Shown here: in pieces, positions 56,129 to 64,000 of the stretch
Numbering within the stretch: position 1 is the first letter of the stretch
How the letters are laid out: every line of letters begins with the position of its first letter
Virus record (IMG/VR): IMGVR_UViG_3300032293_001730
Coordinates: 29,894 to 93,893 of that record
Source of the DNA: a virus
Strand: one strand, 5' to 3'
Length of the DNA stretch: 64,000 nucleotides
Position numbers and translations under genes: made by a program
The notes under the pieces: generated by a model
The model's database searches: none
Seen by the model: only the letters and a program-made list of their open reading frames with translations
Told to the model about the DNA's origin: nothing

Positions 56129-57751
56129 ATGCCTGACACTATCCTGGTCAAGAAGTCCGGCACAGCCAGTGCTGTGCCGGCTTCGTTAAGTTTTGGCGAA
56201 TTAGCGCTGAATTACGCAGACGGCCGGCTGTTCTATAAGAACGCGGCTGGCAGCATTGTCAGCCTCACGGCGAACTCGGGGCTCAACGCCAAGTTCGACT
56301 CGCTTACGTTTAATGGCTCGACGACGACGTTTAATCTCTTGAGCGGCGGCGTGGCTGTCACTCCGGCCAACGCCAACTGCCTATTGATATCTTTGAACGG
56401 CGTGATTCAAGAGCCGGGCGTGAGCTTTACGCTCTCCGGCTCGCAGATCACGTTCAGCGTCGCCCCGGCCAGCACTGACGTCTTCTTTGGCGTGCATCTC
56501 ACGGGCGGGGCTATCAGCGGTGGTGGCTCAGGTGGCGGCGACGCAGCGACCAACACGCCCGCCCAGATCACGAGCAACCAGAATAACTACGCCCTACCGA
56601 CAGCCGACATCGTCCGGCTCTCATCTGACGCCACGCGGACGATCACGGGCTTTCAGGCTGATGCTGGCGCCGTTGTGACGCTCTACAACGTCGGCTCTTT
56701 TGATATCAGGATCGACCACGAAGACACAGCCAGCACGGCGGCAAATCGCGTGACGAGCGCGACTGGCGCTGACGTTGTAATCTCGCCCAACGATTCGATC
56801 ACGCTCGCGTATGACAGCGTGAGTTCTCGCTGGCGGACGGCAGGGTCTGTAAAAGCCGCCGTCGGGCAGGTCGCTATTTACGAGTTTACGCGAACAAGCG
56901 CGCCGTCGGACGCGACTGGCTCTTCAGGTTCTTACACATGGAGCATTCCCGCCGCCGCGAGATATGTCGATATTTACGCCGTCGGGCCCGGGGGCGGTGG
57001 CGGCAGTGGTCGTCGTGGCGCCGCTGGTTCAGCCCGTTTTGGCGGCGGTGGTGGCGCGTCAGGCAGCGTTTTCATGCTCACGCGCGCGGCGGCGGATTTT
57101 CCGCAACGATCACTTAGCCTCACTATTGGTGCGGGCGGTGCGGGTGGTGCGGCGAGAACCACGAATGACACAGACGGCAACACCGGGGGGTTTGGCAACG
57201 ACACACTGATTCAATCAGGCTCGATGCTTTTATATGCTCAGCGGGGCAACGGCGGCGGAGCCGGGTCGGCGGCGGCGGGCACCGGCGGCACGCCGGGCAG
57301 CGCATCGATGTTTCCGGGCGTAAGCGGATCGAGTTCGTCGATTACCGGAACGCCTACCGGCTCAAACGGCACCAACTGGACTGCTGGCGGCGGCGGCGCG
57401 GGCGGCGGTATATCTGCCGCAAACGTGTCTTACGACGGAGCAATTGGTCGCGCAAACGGAGCGACGCAGTACGGCGTTCTTACGAACACGCTTGGCGGTA
57501 CAGCGCCCGGCGGAAACGGGCAGTCTGTTTCCGCCGTGTTTACAGCGGGCGTCAACGGATTTCTGGGCACAGTTGGCGGCAGCGGCGGTGGCGGCGCGGC
57601 CGGGAACGCGTCAACAGCGGGCGGCTCGGGCGGCAACGGCGCAAGTTATGGTGGCGCGGGTGGTGGTGGAGGCGCGTCCGTAAACGGTTTTAACTCAGGC
57701 ACAGGTGGCAACGGCGGCGACGGGTACGTTCGCATCACAGTCTGGTTCTAG
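56129..57751 (+). CDS. Tail fibre-like Gly-rich protein
   Basis: ILVKKSGTA..VP..L..GELALNYADGRLFYK; FNGSTTTF.L...LNGVIQEPG; GGNGGDGYVRI. Confidence 0.75.
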   Translation: MPDTILVKKSGTASAVPASLSFGELALNYADGRLFYKNAAGSIVSLTANSGLNAKFDSLTFNGSTTTFNLLSGGVAVTPANANCLLISLNGVIQEPGVSFTLSGSQITFSVAPASTDVFFGVHLTGGAISGGGSGGGDAATNTPAQITSNQNNYALPTADIVRLSSDATRTITGFQADAGAVVTLYNVGSFDIRIDHEDTASTAANRVTSATGADVVISPNDSITLAYDSVSSRWRTAGSVKAAVGQVAIYEFTRTSAPSDATGSSGSYTWSIPAAARYVDIYAVGPGGGGGSGRRGAAGSARFGGGGGASGSVFMLTRAAADFPQRSLSLTIGAGGAGGAARTTNDTDGNTGGFGNDTLIQSGSMLLYAQRGNGGGAGSAAAGTGGTPGSASMFPGVSGSSSSITGTPTGSNGTNWTAGGGGAGGGISAANVSYDGAIGRANGATQYGVLTNTLGGTAPGGNGQSVSAVFTAGVNGFLGTVGGSGGGGAAGNASTAGGSGGNGASYGGAGGGGGASVNGFNSGTGGNGGDGYVRITVWF

Positions 57752-57765
57752 TGGAATAGATATCA

Positions 57766-58176
57766 ATGGGCGAGAACGCAACTTCCTACGCGCTAGTCAG
57801 GCCCGACGGCAAGGTCGAGACGTTTCTGCGTTTAGACATGCCCGCAAACTGGGAGCCTGAAATCGGCTACTCAATCGTGCCTGATGACGAGTTGCCAGAA
57901 GGCTGGGAAAAGTATGAAGAGCCCGTGCCCGTTCCGACGACCATCAGCCCCCGGCAAATCCGCATTTGGCTAATCACGCACGGCATCCCGCTCTCCGTTG
58001 TCGAGCAGGCTATCGCCGGTATCCCCGACGAGACGCAGCGGCAGATTGTGCAAGTCGAGTGGGAGTACGCGCCCTACGTCGAACGCACACACCCGTGGCT
58101 TGAAGCGCTGGGCGCGGCCCTGGGAATGGACGCGGCGGCGATAGATCAGGCGTTTCGCGAAGCGTCGGTGATCTGA
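57766..58176 (+). CDS. Tail fibre assembly-like protein
   Basis: PVP.TISPRQIR, EWEYA...R.HP, ID.AF..A. Confidence 0.6.
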   Translation: MGENATSYALVRPDGKVETFLRLDMPANWEPEIGYSIVPDDELPEGWEKYEEPVPVPTTISPRQIRIWLITHGIPLSVVEQAIAGIPDETQRQIVQVEWEYAPYVERTHPWLEALGAALGMDAAAIDQAFREASVI

Positions 58177-61100
58177 TGGGCCGGAATAATCAGCGCGCGC
58201 TCACAAACCAGTCATTCAACCCAGCCGCCATCGGATCGATATATCTCTGGCTCGACGGCACTGACTCCAGCACGATCACGTTAACGAGTAACGCAGTCTC
58301 TGAGTGGCGAGACAAGTCAGATAATGCTCGTCACGTTACGCAAGCCACGGCGAGCCAGCGGCCTGTCATGGGTTTCTTAAACGGCCGCCCGGCAGTGCAG
58401 TTCACTGCTGCGAACAGCCAGACATTATCTCGCGCCGGGTCGTTTTTAGACGGCAACCCAGCGTTCACGACATTTGTCGTATTTCAGAAACTGTCTTCGC
58501 TGAACGTCACGCCGTTTGGTTGGGGCTCGCAAAACACGGGCGGTTTGTTTCTCTTGTTTCCGTCGCAGGTCGGCGGGTCTGCGTCGTCTTACTCATTCGG
58601 CGGCGCCACGACGTATCCGTTCGTTCTTAATAACGCCGACCCCGACTCGTTTCACCCATTAAACAAAACGTGGTTTGATTGCTTTGTAAAGCCCGCAGGG
58701 CCAGTGACGAATGCAAGGGCGTTTCGCAGCGGGCAGTTTTTTCCGTCCGCAGGCGCATCGACGGCGACGCCAAACATTTCAGGGCCGCTTGTCATCGGGC
58801 AGACGCCGGGTGTGCCCGCGCAAGTGTTTGACGGCCTGATTGGCGAAATACTCATCTACAACAAAGCGCTTACCGACACGGAGCGACAAGAAGTCGAGCA
58901 GTACATATCTAAAAAGTGGCGGATCACGCTCGCCAACTACAAACTCGCCACAAGCGTTGCCGCGCCCGCTGTTTCGTCGCCATTAGATATCTCTAACTGC
59001 GCCCTCTGGCTCGACGGCAGCGATACGTCGACGCTGTACACGACTGACGCTGGGCCGGTCACGGCAGTCACGGCGCCGACGGACATCAGCGGCTGCGTGG
59101 GGTGGTGGGACGCGAGTGACGCGACGACGCTATTTGCAGCGAATACAGGCACGACGCCCGCCACGACGACTGTTGGCCGCTGGGCAAATAAGGGCACGCT
59201 AGGCGCCACGGCTGACCTATTGCAGGCTACGGCAGCATCCCGGCCTACCACTGGCGCAGCGACGCGCAATGGACGAAACGTCATTCGATTCGACGGGACA
59301 GACGACTGGATGCAGCGTTCGTTTACGCTCGGCTTTCCGACGACGGCATTTATCGTATTCTCGTTCAACAACCCCTTTACGGCGACGCAAACGCTGCTTG
59401 ACGGAGTAGGCACCGGCAACACGCTGCGGCTTGCCACGACGGCGCAGACGGCGTTTCTGGCTTGCACCGGCGGTGTCTTGCCGCAGTTCACGCTTAACGG
59501 CTGGGGTGACATTCAGCCGTGGCAGGTCGCGTCCCTACTTGTTAACGGCGCAAGTAGCCTCGCTAGACGAGACGGCACCGTTACGGCTAATGGTTCTGGC
59601 ACGCTTGGCACGGTAACGGCACCAAGCGGCATCACGCTGGCTTCGTGGGGTGCGTCTGGTTCGCAATACGCTGACGTCAGCATTGCGGAGGTGATTGTAT
59701 TTAACAGCGCCCTCCCCGCCGCCGATCGCGCGCGTGTTGAAAAATATCTTGCCATCAAGTGGGCAATTAATCGCGTCCATGACACGCCGGGCGCGGGAGA
59801 CTTCGTCGGTTACTGGGGAGACAAGTCTGGCAACAGCCGACACTTTACGACGACAACGACTACCCGCCCGGCATTGGCTGCAACCGGTCGCGCTGGTGTA
59901 GTGTTCAACGCCTCGCCACTTTACAACACGGCTGCAAACCTGACGGTAACGGCTCAAACTACAGTCGTTGTTACGTCGCTCGACAATACTGTCACTAACA
60001 CTCGCATCTTCAGTCAGGTGCCGTCCAGCGGCGCAGACTTTTCAGTGGGTGGACATTACATACCGTTGCTGCGCACAAGCAGTTCGCTTGCAATATCATC
60101 GTGGGTAGACGGGACAAACCGTGCCAGCGTGTCTGTTGCCAACGCAGTCGGCGCCGTGATGGCGTCGGTTCATACCGGCACGTCTATCGTGAACTACGTC
60201 AACGGCGTGCGCTCCTCGGCATACACACCGACAGCCGCACTGAACCTCGCGGTTGCCACCATGTCGTTGATGGGCGACCAATCCGGCGCTGCGACAACAA
60301 CCGGCCGCGTCTCCGCCGTGCTCGTGTACAACCGGGCGCTCTCGGCTGCGGAGATTGCGTCGCTCACCTCGCACCTGTCGGCGACCTACGGAATCGGCGT
60401 GCTGGCGCCCGTCTCAGGCCACCCGGAAGTCCAAGACTGGATCAACCGCGTCTATCGTAACGGCGGCTCAGTGTCGCAGTACACGGCCGACCAAGTCACG
60501 TCGTTCGCTAGAGAGATCGACTCGGCTGGACTGCGTTCGCTGCTATACCGCGTGAATCTGTTTTGCGGCAATGATATCAATGCCGCCTTTGTGCCGCTCT
60601 ATCGTGGGCCCGTTGCGCTCGACACTAGATTTGGCAACGAGATCGACGTCACAACTGGTTCTGGCGTGGCGTTCACTTATTCAGAAGGCACAGGCTTGCA
60701 GGGCGACCCGGTGTCGAATGGCGGCGGGGCGCGGCGGTATCTCAACACTGGCGTAATACTGGGCGCTGTGCCGCAGTTAGTGGGCAATCACCACATCAGC
60801 GCATACACGAACAGACTGCCGTCGATTGGAGACGCCACTGTCGGCACACCGATCGGCGTATACGAAAGCGCTAGTCGTGGCATGACGCTGTACATAACGC
60901 AAGAAGTTTATAACGTCGGGGCCTTCGCGAACTCACTGCTCAATTTTGCCAACTCAACAGCGCCGAAAGCGCTACCTACGGATCGCGGGCATTACATCGC
61001 CAATCACATCTCGCCGATCCTGAACATTTATGAGGCGGGCACCAAGATCGGCGAACGTAACCTTACAGGCTTTTTGATTACGACGCCGACTGTTTTTCCA

Positions 61101-61280
61101 GTGTGCGTGTTTGCTGAGGGTCGACCTAGTCCCAGCGTGCCGCTCTTTAACTACACAAACCCGATGCAGGGCTATTCAATCGGCGCAGGGCTAACGGCGG
61201 CGCAGGCATTGGCGTTTTCGCAGATTATGGAGCTTTTCCAACAACGGCTTAGTCGCGGTAGACTGGTTGTTAGCGCGTAA
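58176..61280 (+). CDS. Multi-LamG-like virion protein
   Basis: Repeated LWLD.SD..T, W.DKS.N.RH and I.E...YN.AL...E...VE.Y...KW. Confidence 0.7.
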   Translation: MGRNNQRALTNQSFNPAAIGSIYLWLDGTDSSTITLTSNAVSEWRDKSDNARHVTQATASQRPVMGFLNGRPAVQFTAANSQTLSRAGSFLDGNPAFTTFVVFQKLSSLNVTPFGWGSQNTGGLFLLFPSQVGGSASSYSFGGATTYPFVLNNADPDSFHPLNKTWFDCFVKPAGPVTNARAFRSGQFFPSAGASTATPNISGPLVIGQTPGVPAQVFDGLIGEILIYNKALTDTERQEVEQYISKKWRITLANYKLATSVAAPAVSSPLDISNCALWLDGSDTSTLYTTDAGPVTAVTAPTDISGCVGWWDASDATTLFAANTGTTPATTTVGRWANKGTLGATADLLQATAASRPTTGAATRNGRNVIRFDGTDDWMQRSFTLGFPTTAFIVFSFNNPFTATQTLLDGVGTGNTLRLATTAQTAFLACTGGVLPQFTLNGWGDIQPWQVASLLVNGASSLARRDGTVTANGSGTLGTVTAPSGITLASWGASGSQYADVSIAEVIVFNSALPAADRARVEKYLAIKWAINRVHDTPGAGDFVGYWGDKSGNSRHFTTTTTTRPALAATGRAGVVFNASPLYNTAANLTVTAQTTVVVTSLDNTVTNTRIFSQVPSSGADFSVGGHYIPLLRTSSSLAISSWVDGTNRASVSVANAVGAVMASVHTGTSIVNYVNGVRSSAYTPTAALNLAVATMSLMGDQSGAATTTGRVSAVLVYNRALSAAEIASLTSHLSATYGIGVLAPVSGHPEVQDWINRVYRNGGSVSQYTADQVTSFAREIDSAGLRSLLYRVNLFCGNDINAAFVPLYRGPVALDTRFGNEIDVTTGSGVAFTYSEGTGLQGDPVSNGGGARRYLNTGVILGAVPQLVGNHHISAYTNRLPSIGDATVGTPIGVYESASRGMTLYITQEVYNVGAFANSLLNFANSTAPKALPTDRGHYIANHISPILNIYEAGTKIGERNLTGFLITTPTVFPVCVFAEGRPSPSVPLFNYTNPMQGYSIGAGLTAAQALAFSQIMELFQQRLSRGRLVVSA

Positions 61281-61311
61281 AAGCGCAGCTTCTAAAGGTT
61301 AAAATAACAAT

Positions 61312-62055
61312 ATGACACGATCACGCATCCAAACGAACGGCATCGCAGACAACGCCGTAACGTCGGCCAAAATTGCGGCCAGCCCGGCGTTCACTGGCAA
61401 CGCGTCTTTTGTCGGCACCACTGCGCCTGTCGTGAGCCTACAAATAAATTCCGCAGTCGATTCCGGTGTACTGGCGCTTCGCGGGCGTACAAATGACGGC
61501 GCCGCGCTTTTGTATTTTCAAAACAACGCCGGGTCGCTCAATAACTGCTATATCGTTGGCTTCAACAACCAAATGGAGTTATACGGCGCAAATTACGTCG
61601 GGCCGCTTGTTATTGGGGCGACTGGGTTGCTTACTAGCCAGCCCACCTACGACAACACTGCCGCAGGCTCCGCTGTTGTCGTAACGTCGAGCGGCCAAAT
61701 CCGACGCACGTCATCGTCGCTCAAGTACAAGCAAGACATCGAGAATCTGGACTACACGATCGTTGTCAATGCCGTCGACAACCTGCGCCCTGTGTGGTAT
61801 CGCACGAAAACCCCCAGCGGCGACGACAAGACAACGTGGTCGCATGTCGGTTTGATCGCCGAAGAGGTCGCGGAGGTCGAGCCGAGGCTTGTGCGGTACA
61901 GGACCGTCGAGGTCACGGAAGCTGACGGCGTCCGGACGGAGACTGCCTTGGAAACGCCGGAACCGGAGGACGTCGACTACGGGCGGCTGGCCGTGCTCTT
62001 GCTGGCAGAGGTCAAGGCTTTGCGGGCGAGGGTGGCTGCTTTGGAGCAGGCGTGA
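61312..62055 (+). CDS. Tail fibre with C-terminal peptidase S74 intramolecular chaperone
   Basis: SSLKYKQDI, LRPVWY, GLIAEEV, VDYGRL..LL..VK.L..RVAALE. Confidence 0.85.
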   Translation: MTRSRIQTNGIADNAVTSAKIAASPAFTGNASFVGTTAPVVSLQINSAVDSGVLALRGRTNDGAALLYFQNNAGSLNNCYIVGFNNQMELYGANYVGPLVIGATGLLTSQPTYDNTAAGSAVVVTSSGQIRRTSSSLKYKQDIENLDYTIVVNAVDNLRPVWYRTKTPSGDDKTTWSHVGLIAEEVAEVEPRLVRYRTVEVTEADGVRTETALETPEPEDVDYGRLAVLLLAEVKALRARVAALEQA

Positions 62056-62269
62056 GTGACGCTCTTCACCTTATGTTGGGAACTGCCGAGAAATGCTCGG
62101 TAGTTCACGACGCTCTTGCACCAGCATACGGTCGCGCAACCGGCCACTTTCGCGATTCGCGAATCACGAAAGCCGTAGAAAAACGCACCAGAATTCCTTA
62201 CAGAATAGCGGCCACGAAACCGGCCGAGATGGCATTGCGCGGCGTGACCGGGCCGGTAGAATTTGAGCC

Positions 62270-62512
62270 ATGATCGCCACGCTACGATTTGACCTGTCCG
62301 ATCCCGATTACGCCATCGCTGCGGAAGTATTTGACGAAGCCGCCAACTTGATTGAGCGCCTTCGGAACGAAGTCGCTAGACAGCGGCTCACCGGCGCGGA
62401 ACGTGAGGCGATTGAGTTGGCGGCAGGCGACTACCTCTACCACCAAGACGCTGGAGGCCGAGCGCAGTGGATTCGGACAACGCTGCTAGGACTACTGGAG
62501 CGGCTAGGCTGA
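62270..62512 (+). CDS. Small hypothetical protein
   Basis: LT.AEREAI...TLLGLLER; the stop lies within the attC-like site. Confidence 0.5.
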   Translation: MIATLRFDLSDPDYAIAAEVFDEAANLIERLRNEVARQRLTGAEREAIELAAGDYLYHQDAGGRAQWIRTTLLGLLERLG

Positions 62513-62560
62513 GAACGCTTGCGATCAGCGGCGCAGTCCGCTGCATCGCGTGGTTCTGGC
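62510..62560 (-). other. Integron attC-like recombination site (solitary)
   Basis: - strand: GCCAGAAC CACGC GATGCAGC GGAC TGC GCC GCTGATC GCAAGC GTTCTCA, i.e. AAC/GTT cores, 5- and 6-bp spacers and two extrahelical bases. Confidence 0.7.
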
Positions 62561-62579
62561 TTGCGAAAGGAGTGACAAA

Positions 62580-62894
62580 ATGACAACAGAAGGCATCGGC
62601 GGATTCATCCTTGTGTGCGCCGCTGCGGCGCTGATTACTGGCGTTCTGATTGGCTACGCCATTTTTGGCCGCTCGCCACAGCGCGCGCATCTGACTGACG
62701 GCTACGACGACGCCCTTATTCACCCCGAGACAACGCCTGAAGTGAAGTGGGTCAAGATGACCAAGCCGACCAGAGATACGCTGCTGGAAATCTACGCGGA
62801 GAACATGGACGAGTGCAGTCGGTACATGCAGGAGTGCGACCGCGTGACGATTGGCGAGTCGGCAATCATGTGGCTGATGGAGCGGAAGAAATGA
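62580..62894 (+). CDS. Membrane-anchored hypothetical protein
   Basis: RBS AAGGAG; N-terminal TM segment. Confidence 0.55.
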   Translation: MTTEGIGGFILVCAAAALITGVLIGYAIFGRSPQRAHLTDGYDDALIHPETTPEVKWVKMTKPTRDTLLEIYAENMDECSRYMQECDRVTIGESAIMWLMERKK

Positions 62895-63166
62895 CACGCC
62901 GAGAACTTCTGGCAACGCTGACGCTCGGCATTGCGGCCCACCCGCGTTCCGTCATTGGCCCGCAAGTGGGCGACACGATATGGGTTTGGGTGCCGCCGTC
63001 AAAAAGGTTGTGGATGGACGGAGCGTGGGTTGAAATGAGGGTGTGCGAGCGTTTCTGTAACCCGATTGGCAGGGACGGAATGCCACAGCAAGCCTTTTGG
63101 ATACCGCACCCAGTTGGCGTGCTGGATGGTAAGTTTCAAATTCAGTGGAGGTGGACAAGGCCATGA
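62891..63166 (+). CDS. Hypothetical protein
   Basis: MTRRELL (twin-Arg-like); coupled. Confidence 0.5.
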   Translation: MTRRELLATLTLGIAAHPRSVIGPQVGDTIWVWVPPSKRLWMDGAWVEMRVCERFCNPIGRDGMPQQAFWIPHPVGVLDGKFQIQWRWTRP

Positions 63167-63396
63167 GCGATTCAAAAAAAGCGTGGATGAGTGTCGAAGA
63201 CGGACTTCCCAAACACGGTCAGTGGGTAATCGCACGCACTGAGCGACGGCCGCTTGGATGCGACGACGATGAGTCGGGATGGCACATTTGCGTCTTTGAC
63301 AAAGACGACAAGTCGTTCACGCGGGCTGATTTGTTGATGATTGATGCGACGGAATGGCATGCGCTCCCGTCTCCGCCAAGGAGGAAAGACAAGTGA
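63163..63396 (+). CDS. DUF551-like small protein
   Basis: WMSVEDGLP...TEWHALPSPP. Confidence 0.65.
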   Translation: MSDSKKAWMSVEDGLPKHGQWVIARTERRPLGCDDDESGWHICVFDKDDKSFTRADLLMIDATEWHALPSPPRRKDK

Positions 63397-63716
63397 GCGG
63401 AAAGGGGCTGGAGCCGTTTGCGTGGGCTGTGATCGCGCCGGATTGCCAGTACGTGTCCCTGTTTCGCGAATCGGCAGAGGCCGCCGCTGCGCAAGAGGGC
63501 GGTACGGTCGTTCCTATATATCGACATCCAACGCTCACCGACGAGGAGCCTGTACTCACCGACTTAGAGCGTGCTGTGATTGAGCGGAGTTCTGCCTTGC
63601 ACTTAGCAAAAGCCGATGTGGCTACGGCGAATAAACAATACTCACTCGCCATGTATCACAAAGAGGACGCGAAAACTCTGGACGGCTTGCTGAAACGAGT
63701 GTCGCTGCGATCTTAA
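63393..63716 (+). CDS. Hypothetical protein
   Basis: EPFAWAV, VVPIYRHPTLTDEE, TLDGLLKR. Confidence 0.55.
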   Translation: MSGKGLEPFAWAVIAPDCQYVSLFRESAEAAAAQEGGTVVPIYRHPTLTDEEPVLTDLERAVIERSSALHLAKADVATANKQYSLAMYHKEDAKTLDGLLKRVSLRS

Positions 63717-63733
63717 TCGGAGAGGTAGTTTAG

Positions 63734-63991
63734 GTGGTGCAGAACATGAGCAGGAACGCTCAAGGCCCGCGTTCGACTCGCGGCCTCTCCATTTCAAGGT
63801 CCGATAGGAAGCGGTTGGCCCGATTGGATCGTGACATCGGGTGGTTTGATCGTGCGATGGCTTGCGTCCTTGTGCAGATTGAGGAAAAGCGGATGGTGCG
63901 GCTGCAATCAGAGCGTGCAAAACTGGACGCTCGCCGGAAAGCACTGAGGCTGGCGATGAAGGCGAAGAAGAAGGCCAGACTGCGCTACTGA
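63734..63991 (+). CDS. Basic hypothetical protein
   Basis: RBS GAGG; Arg/Lys-rich. Confidence 0.45.
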   Translation: MVQNMSRNAQGPRSTRGLSISRSDRKRLARLDRDIGWFDRAMACVLVQIEEKRMVRLQSERAKLDARRKALRLAMKAKKKARLRY

Positions 63992-64000
63992 GCGAAGGGA

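Overview
This window is most consistent with part of a GC-rich, probably temperate tailed dsDNA phage or prophage, with almost all genes on the + strand. A Planctomycetota-type aquatic host is a guess from gene content and is not shown by the sequence. Gene order: an N-truncated giant virion-like protein (RCC1-like and GSGY repeats); a tyrosine recombinase on the - strand; HTH regulators, a histone-deacetylase-family enzyme, a DNA methyltransferase and nucleotide-pool enzymes; a ~15 kb early/accessory region (13.2-29.4 kb); a replication/recombination block (SNF2 helicase, RecE-like nuclease, SSB-like protein, primase-polymerase, AT-rich putative origin, UvrD); protease, bacterioferritin-like, GP88, GIY-YIG and VRR-NUC genes; a methyl/glycosyltransferase cluster; a papain-like peptidase; and LamG/FN3/Gly-rich fibre genes ending in an S74 chaperone. 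No terminase, portal or capsid gene was recognised. The main finding is that the accessory region is built as a cassette array with a repeated grammar. It has 11 related sigma70-type promoters, ten with an intact CACCG-N4-CGGTG palindrome in the spacer. A junction box GTGTCATAG(G)CC supplies the stop codons of unrelated genes. A second box, TTGTCYGGATAC, follows the stop codon of the first gene of many units, and a shared AACCAGGAGA leader precedes many genes. Other notable items are a solitary integron attC-like site (62510-62560), a perfect 29-bp palindrome next to the integrase, an AT-richer gene with IS110-like DEDD motifs, a deacetylase plus two GNATs, and a bacterioferritin with a degenerate ferroxidase centre. 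All family calls come from motif recognition by eye; no searches were run.
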